Below, in pieces: positions 10,290 to 20,764 of a stretch of DNA of 64,000 bases; the stretch's first letter is position 1, and each line of letters starts with the position of its first letter. The translations under genes were made by a program, and so were the position numbers. The stretch spans positions 1,472,001 to 1,536,000 of the forward strand of contig CAWAUV010000007.1 in the NCBI GenBank assembly GCA_963785305.1. The letters are read 5' to 3'. This DNA comes from an uncultured Planctomycetaceae bacterium (lineage in GTDB: Bacteria > Planctomycetota > Planctomycetia > Pirellulales > PALSA-1355). The notes under the pieces are model-generated. The model did not search any database, was not told the DNA's origin, and saw only the letters and a program-made list of their open reading frames with translations.

Positions 10290-10598
10290 ATGAGCGACCG
10301 ACAAATTGCCGCGATTCTTTTTTTAATATCAGCGATCGCTTCCGCGACTGTATTCGCAATCACTTCATGGGCGCCCTTCGAGCGAGCTCGCCATTTAATT
10401 CGAGCAGTCGCCGTGACGGCCTTCGTTACTCCGTCGGCGATCGTCGCGCATGATATAATCTACGTTCCCGCATGGTGGATTATTGCGTTGAGCGGAGAAT
10501 GGCCTGGAGGAGTGTCGATCGCTCTTGGTTCTGGCTGCTTGGTTTTAGTCGCGTGGGCGAGTTTATGTTTCGAGCGAAACAATAAACGCCGCAAGTAA
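10290..10598 (+). CDS. Small hydrophobic hypothetical membrane protein in a lower-GC patch
   Basis: 102-aa ORF with ~3 hydrophobic segments and a basic C-terminus. Visibly AT-richer than its flanks. Confidence 0.5.
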   Translation: MSDRQIAAILFLISAIASATVFAITSWAPFERARHLIRAVAVTAFVTPSAIVAHDIIYVPAWWIIALSGEWPGGVSIALGSGCLVLVAWASLCFERNNKRRK

Positions 10599-10895
10599 TC
10601 ATTGCGGCTGGTTGACGTTTTTCGCGGCAAGCTATCGGTATTTCAAGCGAAGGCATTCCGACCGATCGATCGCAATTTGGCTCGTCGCTGTTTTTCCCGA
10701 CCCGCGATACGAATTCGTCGGATTTAATACTCGCTGGCGCTTACGCGCTAATTCAAAACCGCATCAATTGGTTCGCTGATGTCCTCATGGCTCTGGCTCC
10801 GGTCAACGATTTCATCGCAGAGGTCGTGGTAAAGGCGCGCGAATGGCGAAGTGCAATGCTCAGGGAAACGGAAGAACCATTGTTCGGCGCGTCGT

Positions 10896-11865
10896 TCACA
10901 GCCCGCAGGCTGCTTTCGCTCGGGCGAGCACCTGTTTGGCTTTCTTTCTTGCGCGCGGCGCCGTCGGCGAGGATCGCTTGGATGCGATCCGGGTCGGCGG
11001 CTAGTTCGCGGCGCTTGGCTCGGGCCGGGGCGAAGAAACGCTCGGCGGCGGCGGCCAGTTGTTTCTTCACTTCGCCGTAGCCGAACCCGCCGCGGCGATA
11101 GAGCGACGCCATCGCTTCGCGCTCCTCGGGCGCGGCCACCAGCGAATAAAGCTGGAAGAGCGTGTCGCCCTTGGGCTCCTTGGGCGCGTCCATCGGGCGC
11201 GAATCGGTCGGAATGCGCATGATCTTCTTTCGCTCGGCGGCCGGCTCGTCGAACAGCTCGAGCGTGTTGTTGTAGCTCTTCGACATCTTTTCGCCATCGA
11301 GCCCGGGCACGCGGGCCGAGGCGTCGAGAATCTTGGCCTTGGGCATCACGAACACCGGCTTGCCCTCGGCGCCGTAGTGATGGTTGAAGCTCGCCGCCAG
11401 GTCGCGGCAGACTTCGATATGCTGGGTTTGATCCTCGCCCACCGGGACCGTGTCGGCGTCGTAGAGCAAAATATCGGCGGCCATCAGCACCGGATAGGTA
11501 AACAGTCCCGCGTCGGCCGGCAGGCCCTTGGCTTTCTTGTCTTTGTAGGCATGGCAGCGCTCGAGCAGGCCGAGCGGGGCGCCAGTCATCAGCAGCCAGC
11601 AAAGCTCCGAGACCTCGGGCACGTCGGACTGCACGAAGAGCACGGCCCGCGCGGGATCGAGGCCCAGGGCCAGGAGGTCGATGGCGGCGTCGAGCGTCAG
11701 TTGGCGGAGCAGGGCGGGATCGCGAACCGTGGTCAGGGCGTGGAGGTTGGCGATGAAGTAGTAGGCTTCGTCCTCATGCTGGAGGTCGATGTATTGGCGA
11801 ATCGCGCCGAAATAATTGCCCCAATGAAATCGCCCAGTGGGCTGAATGCCGGAGAGCACGCGCAT
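10896..11865 (-). CDS. trpS: Tryptophan--tRNA ligase (frameshift ~10950)
   Basis: [16 protein letters not shown] (HIGH), [22 protein letters not shown]. The true C-terminus is inferred as [16 protein letters not shown] in another frame. Confidence 0.95.
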
Positions 11866-12588
11866 GGGAGAGATGGCTCGCGAAAAAGGGTTAGCGCAAA
11901 TCCGTAAGAGACACCGAGTTACTGGACTTTTGGGCGGTCGATCGCTGGCCGGCCGCGAAATTCAGCCCAATTCTGTAGGGAACCGGCGCCGCTCGCAAGT
12001 CGCGGGGCGCGTTTTGATCGGGCCGCGTCGTGAATGGGCGGGGTGGAAACCCGCCGGAAAAAACAGTCCCCGGTTCCTGTCGCGACTGTCACAAACAGTC
12101 GCCCACCGGCAGGTAAGGAGATGGACGAAATCCGGCGGCTCTTGAGCGCGGGCGCCGGGCGAGAGCGGTTTCCGCGGTGGGATGTTTTTGTTGACTTTGT
12201 CCGCGAGGTTCGGCTAAATTCAGATGTTCGCCCGCCAGACGCATGCCCGAGCCCCGCGATTTGCTTGCCTTCGTGAAACTGCCCGCCGTGCTGAATGTGC
12301 CGGAAGAGGCTTGAAAAAAGGAGCTTCTGGGCGATCGAGAAGTTCGTTCGACCAGGATGCTCGGTTGTCCGTAATACGTTGACCCGACAAATTGACCCGC
12401 CGGGCATTGCTTCCACTGAACGGTTTCCGCCAGCACGCCAACCCATTATGTCACGGCAAACATCGCAAGCGAAATACGGCGCCGGCGGAAGCGCGCGGCG
12501 GGGCAGCTCGCATTGCTCGGCGCAAGGCGAGGTTGAACAACGCCCCGACGGCGTTATTCCCCGGGCTCTTCGGGGGCAATTGCCGCCC

Positions 12589-13158
12589 ATGCGGCGCCGG
12601 GGTTTCACGCTGATCGAGCTTTTGGTCGTGATCGGCATCATCGGCATGCTCGTGGCTCTTTTGCTGCCGGCGGTGCAGGCTTCGCGAGCGGCGGCTCGTC
12701 GCAAGGAGTGCGCCTCGAACTTGCAGCAAGTCGGCTTGGCGCTCACGATGTATGTCGACGCGCACGGCGGGAGCGGCGTGTTTCCTTGGTGCGCCGATAT
12801 GCCCACGGCGCATGCAAAACCCGACCGTGGTGATTCCGTTTCCCAGTATCGTCACGACTCTGAGCGGCTACACCGAGGGCAACACACTGATGTTTCGCTG
12901 CCCCGAAGACCAAACTTACTTTGTCACGTATGGCACAAGCTACGAGTATCCGCAGTTGACGCTCCAGGGCAAAACCCGGCAACAAGTGTTGGTCACTTCG
13001 AGCACGGCCAATGGCAGTTCGTCGCGCGTGGCGATCTCATGGGACGCCGGCACGGGAACGCATGCTCCGGCGGGCGAGGACGGGCGCGAAACTTCGTGTA
13101 TCTCGATGGCCACGTCGATGCTCTCTACGACCCCTCGCAAAACGTGAACGCTCAATAG
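12589..13158 (+). CDS. DUF1559 / prepilin-type N-terminal cleavage domain protein with H-X9-DG-like motif (two compensating frameshifts ~12810, ~13085)
   Basis: [49 protein letters not shown]. Middle frame FRCPED..GTSYEY. End H...[10 protein letters not shown]. Alternative start at 12448. Confidence 0.88.
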   Translation: MRRRGFTLIELLVVIGIIGMLVALLLPAVQASRAAARRKECASNLQQVGLALTMYVDAHGGSGVFPWCADMPTAHAKPDRGDSVSQYRHDSERLHRGQHTDVSLPRRPNLLCHVWHKLRVSAVDAPGQNPATSVGHFEHGQWQFVARGDLMGRRHGNACSGGRGRARNFVYLDGHVDALYDPSQNVNAQ

Positions 13159-13276
13159 CCGTTTCGATTTCTCGACCGAGAATCCGATTGCCTTGCCCAT
13201 GGGCTCCCGCGCCTCATAAAGTCGCCTGTTAAACATACCATTCGACCACTCGGCAAACCGATCGCGAGGTGTTTTC

Positions 13277-13963
13277 ATGATCCGCAAGACGCCTTCCAAG
13301 CAGCAGCAAGAAGCCGACCAACGTAAGCAGATCCGAAAAAAAATCGGCCTCTCGCTGGCGGCGCTTCTTTTTCTGATCGGCATCGCATGGGCCTGGCAGA
13401 GCTATGCGAAGCTGCGGGCCTTCAGCAGCCTGAAAGATCAAGCGGTCGCGGTGATGGATCAGCCCAATTCATGGGAAGACCTGCAAGAACTGCGAGATCT
13501 GGCGCCATTGGGCTATGCGCAGAAATTTAGCGATTTCATCCGCGATCAATACTCGCAGCGCGAAGAGCAGCGCATGCGGGACTTCTTCGCCATGAGCAAG
13601 GAAGAACAGAACTCGGCCCTCGATCGCGAGATCGCCGACGAAATGCGCCGCGCCAAGGAGCGAGAGAAATCTCGAGCCGAGCGCGACGCCGCCCGGGCCG
13701 CTGGCGGCGGCGCCTCGAGCCAGCGCCCCGGTTCGGGCGGGGGCAATTCGAATCAAGGCGGCGGCAACAATGCGGCGGGCGGGCAGAACCCAGGCGGCTC
13801 GGGCGGCGGCGGATCGGGCTTTCGCGACCGCACTCTCTCCCGCCGGCTCGATCGCGGCAGTCCCGAGGGTCGCGCCATGCGCGCCGCTTATTCAACACTC
13901 GCGAATGAGCGCCGCGCCGCGGCCGGTTTGCCGCCGCGCCGCAGCCCGCGCGCGCGCATGTAA
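13277..13963 (+). CDS. Hypothetical single-TM protein with a charged helical region and Gly-rich linker
   Basis: GAGG RBS, TM IGLSLAALLFLIGIAWAW, typical codon usage. Confidence 0.75.
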   Translation: MIRKTPSKQQQEADQRKQIRKKIGLSLAALLFLIGIAWAWQSYAKLRAFSSLKDQAVAVMDQPNSWEDLQELRDLAPLGYAQKFSDFIRDQYSQREEQRMRDFFAMSKEEQNSALDREIADEMRRAKEREKSRAERDAARAAGGGASSQRPGSGGGNSNQGGGNNAAGGQNPGGSGGGGSGFRDRTLSRRLDRGSPEGRAMRAAYSTLANERRAAAGLPPRRSPRARM

Positions 13964-14047
13964 TCGAGGTTCGCACAGCATGTCGGTTGCGATCTCTCTT
14001 TTCGCGCCCAGCGCCGCCACTCGGTTTTTTCCTTGGGCGGATGTGGC

Positions 14048-15301
14048 GTGAACGACGCGTCGAATGCCTGGGATGTGATTGTCGTCGGCGCCGGAGCGGC
14101 CGGGCTCGTGGCGGCCTCGCGCGCGGCCGAGCGCGGCCGACGCACGCTGCTCGTGGAAAAGAATCGCCAGCCGGGCGTCAAGATTCTCATGTCGGGCGGC
14201 ACTCGCTGCAACATCACCCAAAACACCGACAACCAAGGCATCATCGCCGCCTACGGATCGGCCGGTCGATTTCTACATTCGGCCCTGGCGGCGCTCAGTG
14301 TCGAACAAACTCTCGCCCTGTTTGCCGCCGAAGGCTTGCGAGTCAAAGTCGAGCCGACCGGAAAAATCTTTCCCGAGAGCGATCGCGCCGCCGATGTGCT
14401 CGCCGCGCTCCTCGCGCGGCTGCAGCGCTCGGGCTGCGCGTTCGCAACCGAAGAACCGCTCGTCGATCTGAAACACGATGGTGATCGCTTCCATCTTACC
14501 ACGGCGCGCCGCGAGCTCACCGCTAGCTCGGTGATTCTGACCACGGGCGGGCAGTCGTATCCCGGCAGCGGAACCCGCGGCGATGGCTATGCTTGGCTGG
14601 CCGCGTTGGGCCACGCGATCGTGCCGCCGCGGCCGGCGCTCACTCCGCTCGTGATCGCCGAAGCTTGGCCGCGCGAGCTGCGGGGAGTGACCTTGCCCGA
14701 CGCGGCCCTGGCGGTGCTCGATCCCGCGCTGCCGCCGCGAAAGCGGGTATTGACGCAGCGGCGCGGATCGCTGCTCTTCGCGCACTTCGGACTCACCGGG
14801 CCGGTGGCGCTCGATGTGAGCCGAGTGGTCAGCCGCCACGAGCGACCGACGAGCCTCGTGCTCGAGTGCGACTTCGTTCCCGATCGCTCGGCTCCGGAGC
14901 TCGAGACCTTGCTCCGCGATCGCTCGACCCAGGCCGGGCGTCGCCAAGCGCCGGCGATGCTGGCCGATCTCGTGCCGCGGCGGCTGGCCGATCCGCTGGT
15001 GACGCTCGCCGGCATGTCGCTCGAGCGCAAAGCGGCCGAACTCACGCGCGACGAGCGATCGCGCCTGGTGGCGGCCTGCAAGCAAACTTCGCTTCGGCTC
15101 GAAGGCACAATGGGCTTCAAAAAAGCCGAAGTCACCTCGGGCGGCGTGGCGCTCGCGGAAGTCGATTCGCGCACCATGCAAAGCAAGCGCGCCGCCGGCC
15201 TTTTCATTGCCGGCGAACTGCTCGATGTCGATGGCCCCATCGGCGGTTACAACTTTCAGGCCGCTTGGAGCACAGGTTGGCTCGCCGGTAGCCACGCTTG
15301 A
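14048..15301 (+). CDS. HI0933/YhiN/BaiN-family flavoprotein
   Basis: GAGAAG, KILMSGGTRCNITQ, TGGQSYPGSGTRGDGY, VTSGGV, GELLDVDGPIGGYNFQAAWSTG. Confidence 0.92.
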   Translation: MNDASNAWDVIVVGAGAAGLVAASRAAERGRRTLLVEKNRQPGVKILMSGGTRCNITQNTDNQGIIAAYGSAGRFLHSALAALSVEQTLALFAAEGLRVKVEPTGKIFPESDRAADVLAALLARLQRSGCAFATEEPLVDLKHDGDRFHLTTARRELTASSVILTTGGQSYPGSGTRGDGYAWLAALGHAIVPPRPALTPLVIAEAWPRELRGVTLPDAALAVLDPALPPRKRVLTQRRGSLLFAHFGLTGPVALDVSRVVSRHERPTSLVLECDFVPDRSAPELETLLRDRSTQAGRRQAPAMLADLVPRRLADPLVTLAGMSLERKAAELTRDERSRLVAACKQTSLRLEGTMGFKKAEVTSGGVALAEVDSRTMQSKRAAGLFIAGELLDVDGPIGGYNFQAAWSTGWLAGSHA

Positions 15302-15470
15302 GCCCCGCGCGCAGGTCGCGCGAATTCTTCTTCATCGTGCAATTAGGCATGGTCGTGCGCGGGCGATCGTTGGCGATGTGCCTTTAAAAGCGAGGGTTCG
15401 CGTGGCGCTGCCCGCGAAACGCGATCGTTTTCGAAATGCCGCTCGGCTTGCATCAATTCGCAACGGGCTT

Positions 15471-15486
15471 CGGTATGGGAGTTGCT
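15471..15486 (+). promoter_or_regulatory. Candidate sigma-54 -24/-12 promoter
   Basis: CGGTATGGGAGTTGCT has the GG-N10-GC spacing and TTGCT of the TGGCACG-N4-TTGCW consensus, ~170 bp upstream of the PDZ gene. Confidence 0.35.
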
Positions 15487-15657
15487 TTTCAGCATGGGAA
15501 GAGCCTTGAAAGGCGCGAGGAAACGATAGCGAATTGGCTTCGCGGCGTTCTAAGTGGCGTTTTGTGCGCCGGCCTCGCCGGGGATATCGATGTTTCCCGG
15601 TCGCTCATTCATGTTGGCCACTTTGGCCTATTCAACACCATCTTTGAGGAGATTCTC

Positions 15658-16299
15658 ATGAAACGCTTCATGAACTGTCTGGCCCTGGGCGCGTCGTCGG
15701 CGGCGTTGGCCCTCATGTTGACCGCGTCGGCCGCGCGGGCCCAGCAACGATTCCCGGCCTACGCGCCGGGTGCTCCGGTCGCCGCCACCGCGCCGGCGCC
15801 CGCTCCTTACGATCCCACGCTGGGCGGCGGCGCGGCGGCCGCGCCCACGGCGGCGCCGGTCGCGCAAGCGCCGGAGCCCAACACGAGCGGCCGCTCCGAG
15901 CATGCTCGCTTGGGCATCACGCTGAGCGACAACACGCAAGGCAAGGTTTGGGTGCGAAGCGTGGATCGCAATAGCGCGGCCGATGATTGCGGGCTGCGTC
16001 CCAACGATCAGATCATCGCGCTCGACGATAAAAAGATCGAAACCTATTTGGACGTGGTGCGCTACATCAACAACAAGGGCGCTTCCGACGATGTGACGGT
16101 TTACTTCCGTCGCAACGGGCGCCCCGGCATGCTCACCGCCTCCCTGGGCTCCGAATACGCCGGCCCCAGTTCGGGCTCGGTCACCGAGTATCCGGGCAAC
16201 GTGAAGCAGCGTTCGTATAGCACCCCGGCGATTCCGGGCGGTCCGACGTGCGCCCCGGGTTATGTGGTGCCGAACAATCGCGGCCCTTATGCGCGCTAG
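15658..16299 (+). CDS. Secreted single-PDZ-domain protein
   Basis: GAGGAG RBS, signal peptide ending ARA-Q, PDZ motifs RLGITL..V..V..NSAADDCGLRPNDQIIALD. Confidence 0.85.
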   Translation: MKRFMNCLALGASSAALALMLTASAARAQQRFPAYAPGAPVAATAPAPAPYDPTLGGGAAAAPTAAPVAQAPEPNTSGRSEHARLGITLSDNTQGKVWVRSVDRNSAADDCGLRPNDQIIALDDKKIETYLDVVRYINNKGASDDVTVYFRRNGRPGMLTASLGSEYAGPSSGSVTEYPGNVKQRSYSTPAIPGGPTCAPGYVVPNNRGPYAR

Positions 16300-16456
16300 T
16301 CGTCTCGAGCAATGGTCGCCTCGCGCGGCAAGCAAGCCAGGAGCATTGTGTTTCGAATGAAGCCGGGCGAATTCACGAAGAATTCGCCCGGCTGTTTTCG
16401 TTGCCGACTTGGCGAGTCGCGCGCGGTCGGCAAGCGTTCGCGAGTGGATTCGCGAA

Positions 16457-17182
16457 TCATTGCCCGAGCAATTGTTTCATTTCGCGCACCGCTTGTTCAA
16501 AGCCGACCATGAGCGCCCGGGCCACGATACTGTGACCGATATTAAGCTCGTGCATATGAGCAATCGCGGCGATGGGTTTGACGTTGCGATAGGTAAGACC
16601 GTGGCCAGCGTGGAGAGTCATGCCGGCCGCCACGATTTGCCGCGCGGAGCGCTCGAGCCGCGCCAGCTGCTCGCCGCGAGAGCGGTCATCGGCGGCGAGC
16701 GCATATTCGCCGGTGTGGAGCTCGACCGCGTCGACTCGCATTGCCGCGGCCAGTTCGATCTGGCGATCGTCGGGATCGAGAAACAGGCTCACCCGAACTC
16801 CGGCGTCGGCCAGACGTCGCACCGCGTCGGCCACCCGCTCCCGACCTTGGCTCAGATCGAGCCCGCCTTCGGTCGTCACTTCCTCGCGGCGCTCGGGCAC
16901 AAGCGTCGCTTGATCGGGGCGCGTTTCACATGCGATCGCCACGACTTCATCGCTCGCGGCAAGTTCGAGATTCAATTTGACCGTGACGGTCTCCTTGAGA
17001 ATCTTGAGGTCGCGATCTTGGATGTGACGCCGGTCCTCGCGCAGGTGCAGCGTGATGCCGTCGGCGCCGCCAAGCTGGGCCAGCGTCGCCGCCCAAACCG
17101 GATCGGGCTCGTTCGTGCGCCGCGCTTGCCGCACCGTGGCCACGTGATCGATGTTCACGCCCAATTCAACCATCGTTTTCAT
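16457..17182 (-). CDS. pdxJ: Pyridoxine 5'-phosphate synthase
   Basis: [52 protein letters not shown]. Confidence 0.97.
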   Translation of the reverse strand: MKTMVELGVNIDHVATVRQARRTNEPDPVWAATLAQLGGADGITLHLREDRRHIQDRDLKILKETVTVKLNLELAASDEVVAIACETRPDQATLVPERREEVTTEGGLDLSQGRERVADAVRRLADAGVRVSLFLDPDDRQIELAAAMRVDAVELHTGEYALAADDRSRGEQLARLERSARQIVAAGMTLHAGHGLTYRNVKPIAAIAHMHELNIGHSIVARALMVGFEQAVREMKQLLGQ

Positions 17183-17227
17183 CAACCTTTCACGGGCAAC
17201 ATTTCGGCCGCCACGGGCCGTTGCGGT

Positions 17228-18607
17228 CTAAGCGAGTATCCAAAGTTTGGCGATCGAAAAAAAGATCACGATGCCGGTCACATCGACAAACGTGGCCACG
17301 AACGGGCTCGAGGCATAGGCCGGGTCGAAACCGAGCCGGCGAAACACGAGCGGCAGCATCGAGCCCACGAGCGTGCCCCAGAGACAAATCACGGTCACGG
17401 CCTGGGCCACGACCCAGGCCAGCATGAACCGGTCGACGCCTTTGAGAATAGCCTGCGGCGTGATCGCGGCCCGGGCAAAACCGATCAGCCCGAGCGTGAG
17501 CCCGAGCGTGATGCCCATGGCCAGTTCGTGTCGCAACACGCGCCACCAGTCCGACATCGTGATTTGGCCCAAGGCCATGGCGCGGGTAATGAGCGTGGCG
17601 GCTTGCGAGCCGGAATTTCCGCCGGTCGAGATACACAGCGGCACGAACAGACTCAGCACCACGATTTTTTCGATCGTCGTTTCGAAATGGGCGAGCGCCG
17701 TGAAGGTGAACAGCTCGGCGACGAACAAGCAACTCAGCCACACGGTCCGTTTGCGCCAGATGGTGGTGAAGGGTGTTTCGAGATAATGTTCGTTTTCCAC
17801 CAGCGGGGCCACGCCACCCAGGCGGTACACGTCCTCGGTGGCCTCTTCTTGCACCACATCCATCACATCATCGTGCGTGATGATGCCAAGCAAGTGATGT
17901 TCGTTGTCGACCACCGGAATCGCGGTGAGGTCGTATTGCGCAACGCGCTGGGCGACTTTCTCCTGGTCGTCGCCCGCGTCGACCGACACGATCTCGCGCT
18001 CCATCAGTTCGGCGATCGGCTTGTTGGGCTGACCGATGGCGGAGACCAGCGTGCGGGCCGAAACGGCGCCGTGCAGATGCTCTTCGTCGTCGACCACGTA
18101 AATGTAATAGATGGTCTCAAGGCCTTCGGCCTCGCGGGCCAGCTTTTCCCAGGCTTCGCGCACCGTGAGCCCCTCGGGCAGCCGGGCGAAGTTCGTGGTC
18201 ATGATCGAGCCGGCCGTGCCTTCGGCATAGGATTGCAGCCGTAGGATATCGCGGCGGGCCTTGACCGGCACGAATGGCAGCAAATGCTCCGCCACCGCCG
18301 GCGGCAGCGCCTTGAACATGTCGACCCGATCGTCGGGCGGCAAATGCGCGAGCAACTGGCCCACTTGGGCGCGGTCGGCGGTTTCGAGAATTTCGAGCTG
18401 CTTGTCGTGGTCGAAGTAGCCGAAGATATCGGCCCGCAACGCCGGGTCGGCATGATGCAGCACCGCCCACGATTCGGCGGCCGTGAGCCCTTCCATGAAC
18501 TCGGCGGTGCGGGCCGGATGCAGCGCCTCGCAGAATTCGCGCAGCTCGCGCGAATTCTGGTTGTCCAGCATCTCGCGCAGTTCGGGTAAGTAGAGCGTGT
18601 TGGTCAT
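17228..18607 (-). CDS. mgtE: Magnesium transporter MgtE
   Basis: MgtE_N region, CBS pair (TAGSIMT, GIITHDD), TGGNSGSQ, DPAYASSPFVATFVDVTG. Confidence 0.95.
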   Translation of the reverse strand: MTNTLYLPELREMLDNQNSRELREFCEALHPARTAEFMEGLTAAESWAVLHHADPALRADIFGYFDHDKQLEILETADRAQVGQLLAHLPPDDRVDMFKALPPAVAEHLLPFVPVKARRDILRLQSYAEGTAGSIMTTNFARLPEGLTVREAWEKLAREAEGLETIYYIYVVDDEEHLHGAVSARTLVSAIGQPNKPIAELMEREIVSVDAGDDQEKVAQRVAQYDLTAIPVVDNEHHLLGIITHDDVMDVVQEEATEDVYRLGGVAPLVENEHYLETPFTTIWRKRTVWLSCLFVAELFTFTALAHFETTIEKIVVLSLFVPLCISTGGNSGSQAATLITRAMALGQITMSDWWRVLRHELAMGITLGLTLGLIGFARAAITPQAILKGVDRFMLAWVVAQAVTVICLWGTLVGSMLPLVFRRLGFDPAYASSPFVATFVDVTGIVIFFSIAKLWILA

Positions 18608-18817
18608 CGAGCGCGGCGCAATCGAGCGAATCGGGGAGACTTCGAAAACGGGTCGCTTTGAGTATGCGGACAGCCCGGGAACCTGTCAAAGCCCGCTGCC
18701 GCCGCGCGGCGGGCGCCGCGCCAAGATGATTTCGCCGGCTTGCGATGAATCGCGGCCCGGAGCCCGGCGACGCAAGACACCCGGTCGAGAGAATGGGGAA
18801 TGCCGTAGCGCCCCCAC

Positions 18818-18896
18818 AAGCCTGAAGCGCCGGCGAAGGATTCCTTCGCCGTATTTTTTCACGCCAGCAAGACTCCTTCGCAGGCGCTTTAGGCTT
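18818..18896. repeat. Intergenic inverted repeat (REP-like, AAGCCTGAAGCGCCGGCGAAGGA family)
   Basis: 23-bp arms 18818-18840 and 18874-18896, 2 mismatches. Confidence 0.8.
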
Positions 18897-18947
18897 CGAT
18901 TTTTCGCGATCAGGCGTCGGGCTTGTTTCCGCGAGCGATCGGCCCGG

Positions 18948-20372
18948 CTACAACGCCAGGGCCAAGGCCGGCGAGTCGATGTCCATCATCGCCGCGTGCG
19001 GATGAAAGAAGGCCTCGAGCGTTTCAGGCTGCGCGGCGAAGTCCAGGTGCAGCCGGCTGCCGATCGCCTGATGACGAGCAATCAGGGGCGGGTTCCAATC
19101 CCCCGCTCCGCCACGAACCGATATCGACGAAGCCGCGCCCGCCGTCGTCGAGCCGTTCGCGCCATTCGGCAATGAGCTCTTCGAAGACGCCCCCTTCGGC
19201 TGCTCGGCTCGGGAAAATGTCCACCGCGAGTTCAAATAACCTCGCAGCAGCGAGCCGCGCTGGCCCAGCCAGCAATCGGCGCTTAGCCGGGCCTCGACCG
19301 GCCGCGGCGCTTCCGGCTCATGCAACTTCGCGGTTACGGGCAGCACCGACGCCATCGGCGTCCGCGAGCCATCGGGCCGTTCGATGTGCCGACTCAAGTA
19401 GGCGAGGCCGCCGCATTCGGCATAGATCCGCCGGCCGCCGCACAGAATGCTCCCTGAGCGAAGCGAGCATGCAGGTATTGGCCGCGAGCTCGGTCGAGTA
19501 TGCGTCGGGTCGGCCGCAACCGATATAGACGATATCGGTCTCGGGCGGCAGACGCTCGTCTTTGAGCGGCGAGAAATCGCAGATCGTCGCGCCGCGCTGC
19601 TCGAGAACTTCCAGCAGATCGGGAAAGTAACAGCGAAACACATTGTCGCAGGCCATGGCGATGCGGAGCGACGTGGTTTCGACATGATCCCAGCAGTTGT
19701 CCAACTCGCGAAACGGAAATTCGTATTTCGAGGCCAGCGAGAGCAGCCGGTCGATGTCGGTTGATTGGTCGACAGCCCGGGCCAATGCGCCAATCAGCTT
19801 CGCATCGGGCGCCACGCCTCGCGCGAGCCGCGCAACTTCGGCGCGGGCCGCGTCGAGCGATTCCATGGCCCCCACGACCGGCACGCCCCACATGGTTTCG
19901 AAATGCGTTTGCCAGCGACAGAGCACCGCGCGATCGGAGAGTCCGTCGAGCAACACGCCATCGAGTCCCGCGGGCCGGGCGGGCAAACGGCAATTGCTCA
20001 AGCGCCGCACATCGACGATCGCCAACCGTGGCAAGCTCAGCCAATCGCAAAGCGGCGCCAAGCGACCGCCCAGCGAGCCATCGCCCCCGGGCGCAAATAG
20101 GCGCCTTCGACGACGCCGATATCGGCGTGGCGCATTCCGCGCAAAAACGCCTTCCGCGCTAAATCCTGGGTCATCAGCCAACTATCCAAGTGGCGCGGCG
20201 CGAGGCCGGTGATCGAGGTCGCGCCGTCGCGGCGCGAGAAACAGGCTCGCGAGAGAAAACTTTGCACCCCGAGTCCGCGGCGGTCGAGCGCGGCAAGCAG
20301 TCCCCAAACGAGCGGCGCGGAATCGGTTCCAGGCTCGATGGCCCCAATGGCAAGACGCGGCAGGTGCGACAT
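18948..20372 (-). CDS. Divergent cobyrinate a,c-diamide synthase (CbiA/CobB)-like protein (frameshifts ~20090, ~19440)
   Basis: PRLAI..GLLAALDRRGLGVQSF..RHLDSWLM..VVEG, RIAMACDNVFRCYFPDLLEVLEQRGA..FSPLKDERLP, IYAECGGLAYL, HLDF. Confidence 0.8.
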
Positions 20373-20669
20373 GATCGATGTTTGCCTCGTGATGACTTTT
20401 GCCGCCGAATGGATCTTGCGCGGCGGCGGCGTTGATCGCCGCGTCGCCAACCAACATTCAAGAGATCGAATCGCCGCGCGGCGACAGGGCGTGCTTCATA
20501 ACGTGCTTCTCCAAGGGGATTGTTAGGGTCGGCCTTGGCTGGGTCAAGGATTTTGCAGGCGACCGACTTCGTTAGCCACCTATCGTTTGTCGCTCCAAAA
20601 AATCCTGCCCGCGGCTAGCGCCGATAGCACCCGATTCTCGCCGAAAAGGCGGTCGGACACGGAAGAGCC

Positions 20670-20728
20670 AAAAAAAACCGGACGTTCGCCGCCCGCGCGA
20701 TGGCTCGCGCGGGTGGGAACGTCCGGTT
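20670..20728 (-). terminator. Intrinsic terminator downstream of degP
   Basis: Long stem AACCGGACGTTC..CCCGCGCGA / TCGCGCGGG..GAACGTCCGGTT followed by T8 on the minus strand. Confidence 0.75.
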
Positions 20729-20764
20729 GCAAATTCGCGAACGAGACAGGAACAAGACAGGTTG

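Noticed and set aside
11866..12588. T-box or ncRNA upstream of trpS
   Set aside because: No T-box consensus or other recognisable structured RNA seen; an Rfam scan would be needed.
16409..18244. Long antisense ORFs (also 5397-7073, 20762-22072, 60749-62734)
   Set aside because: High-GC shadow ORFs opposite well-supported genes.
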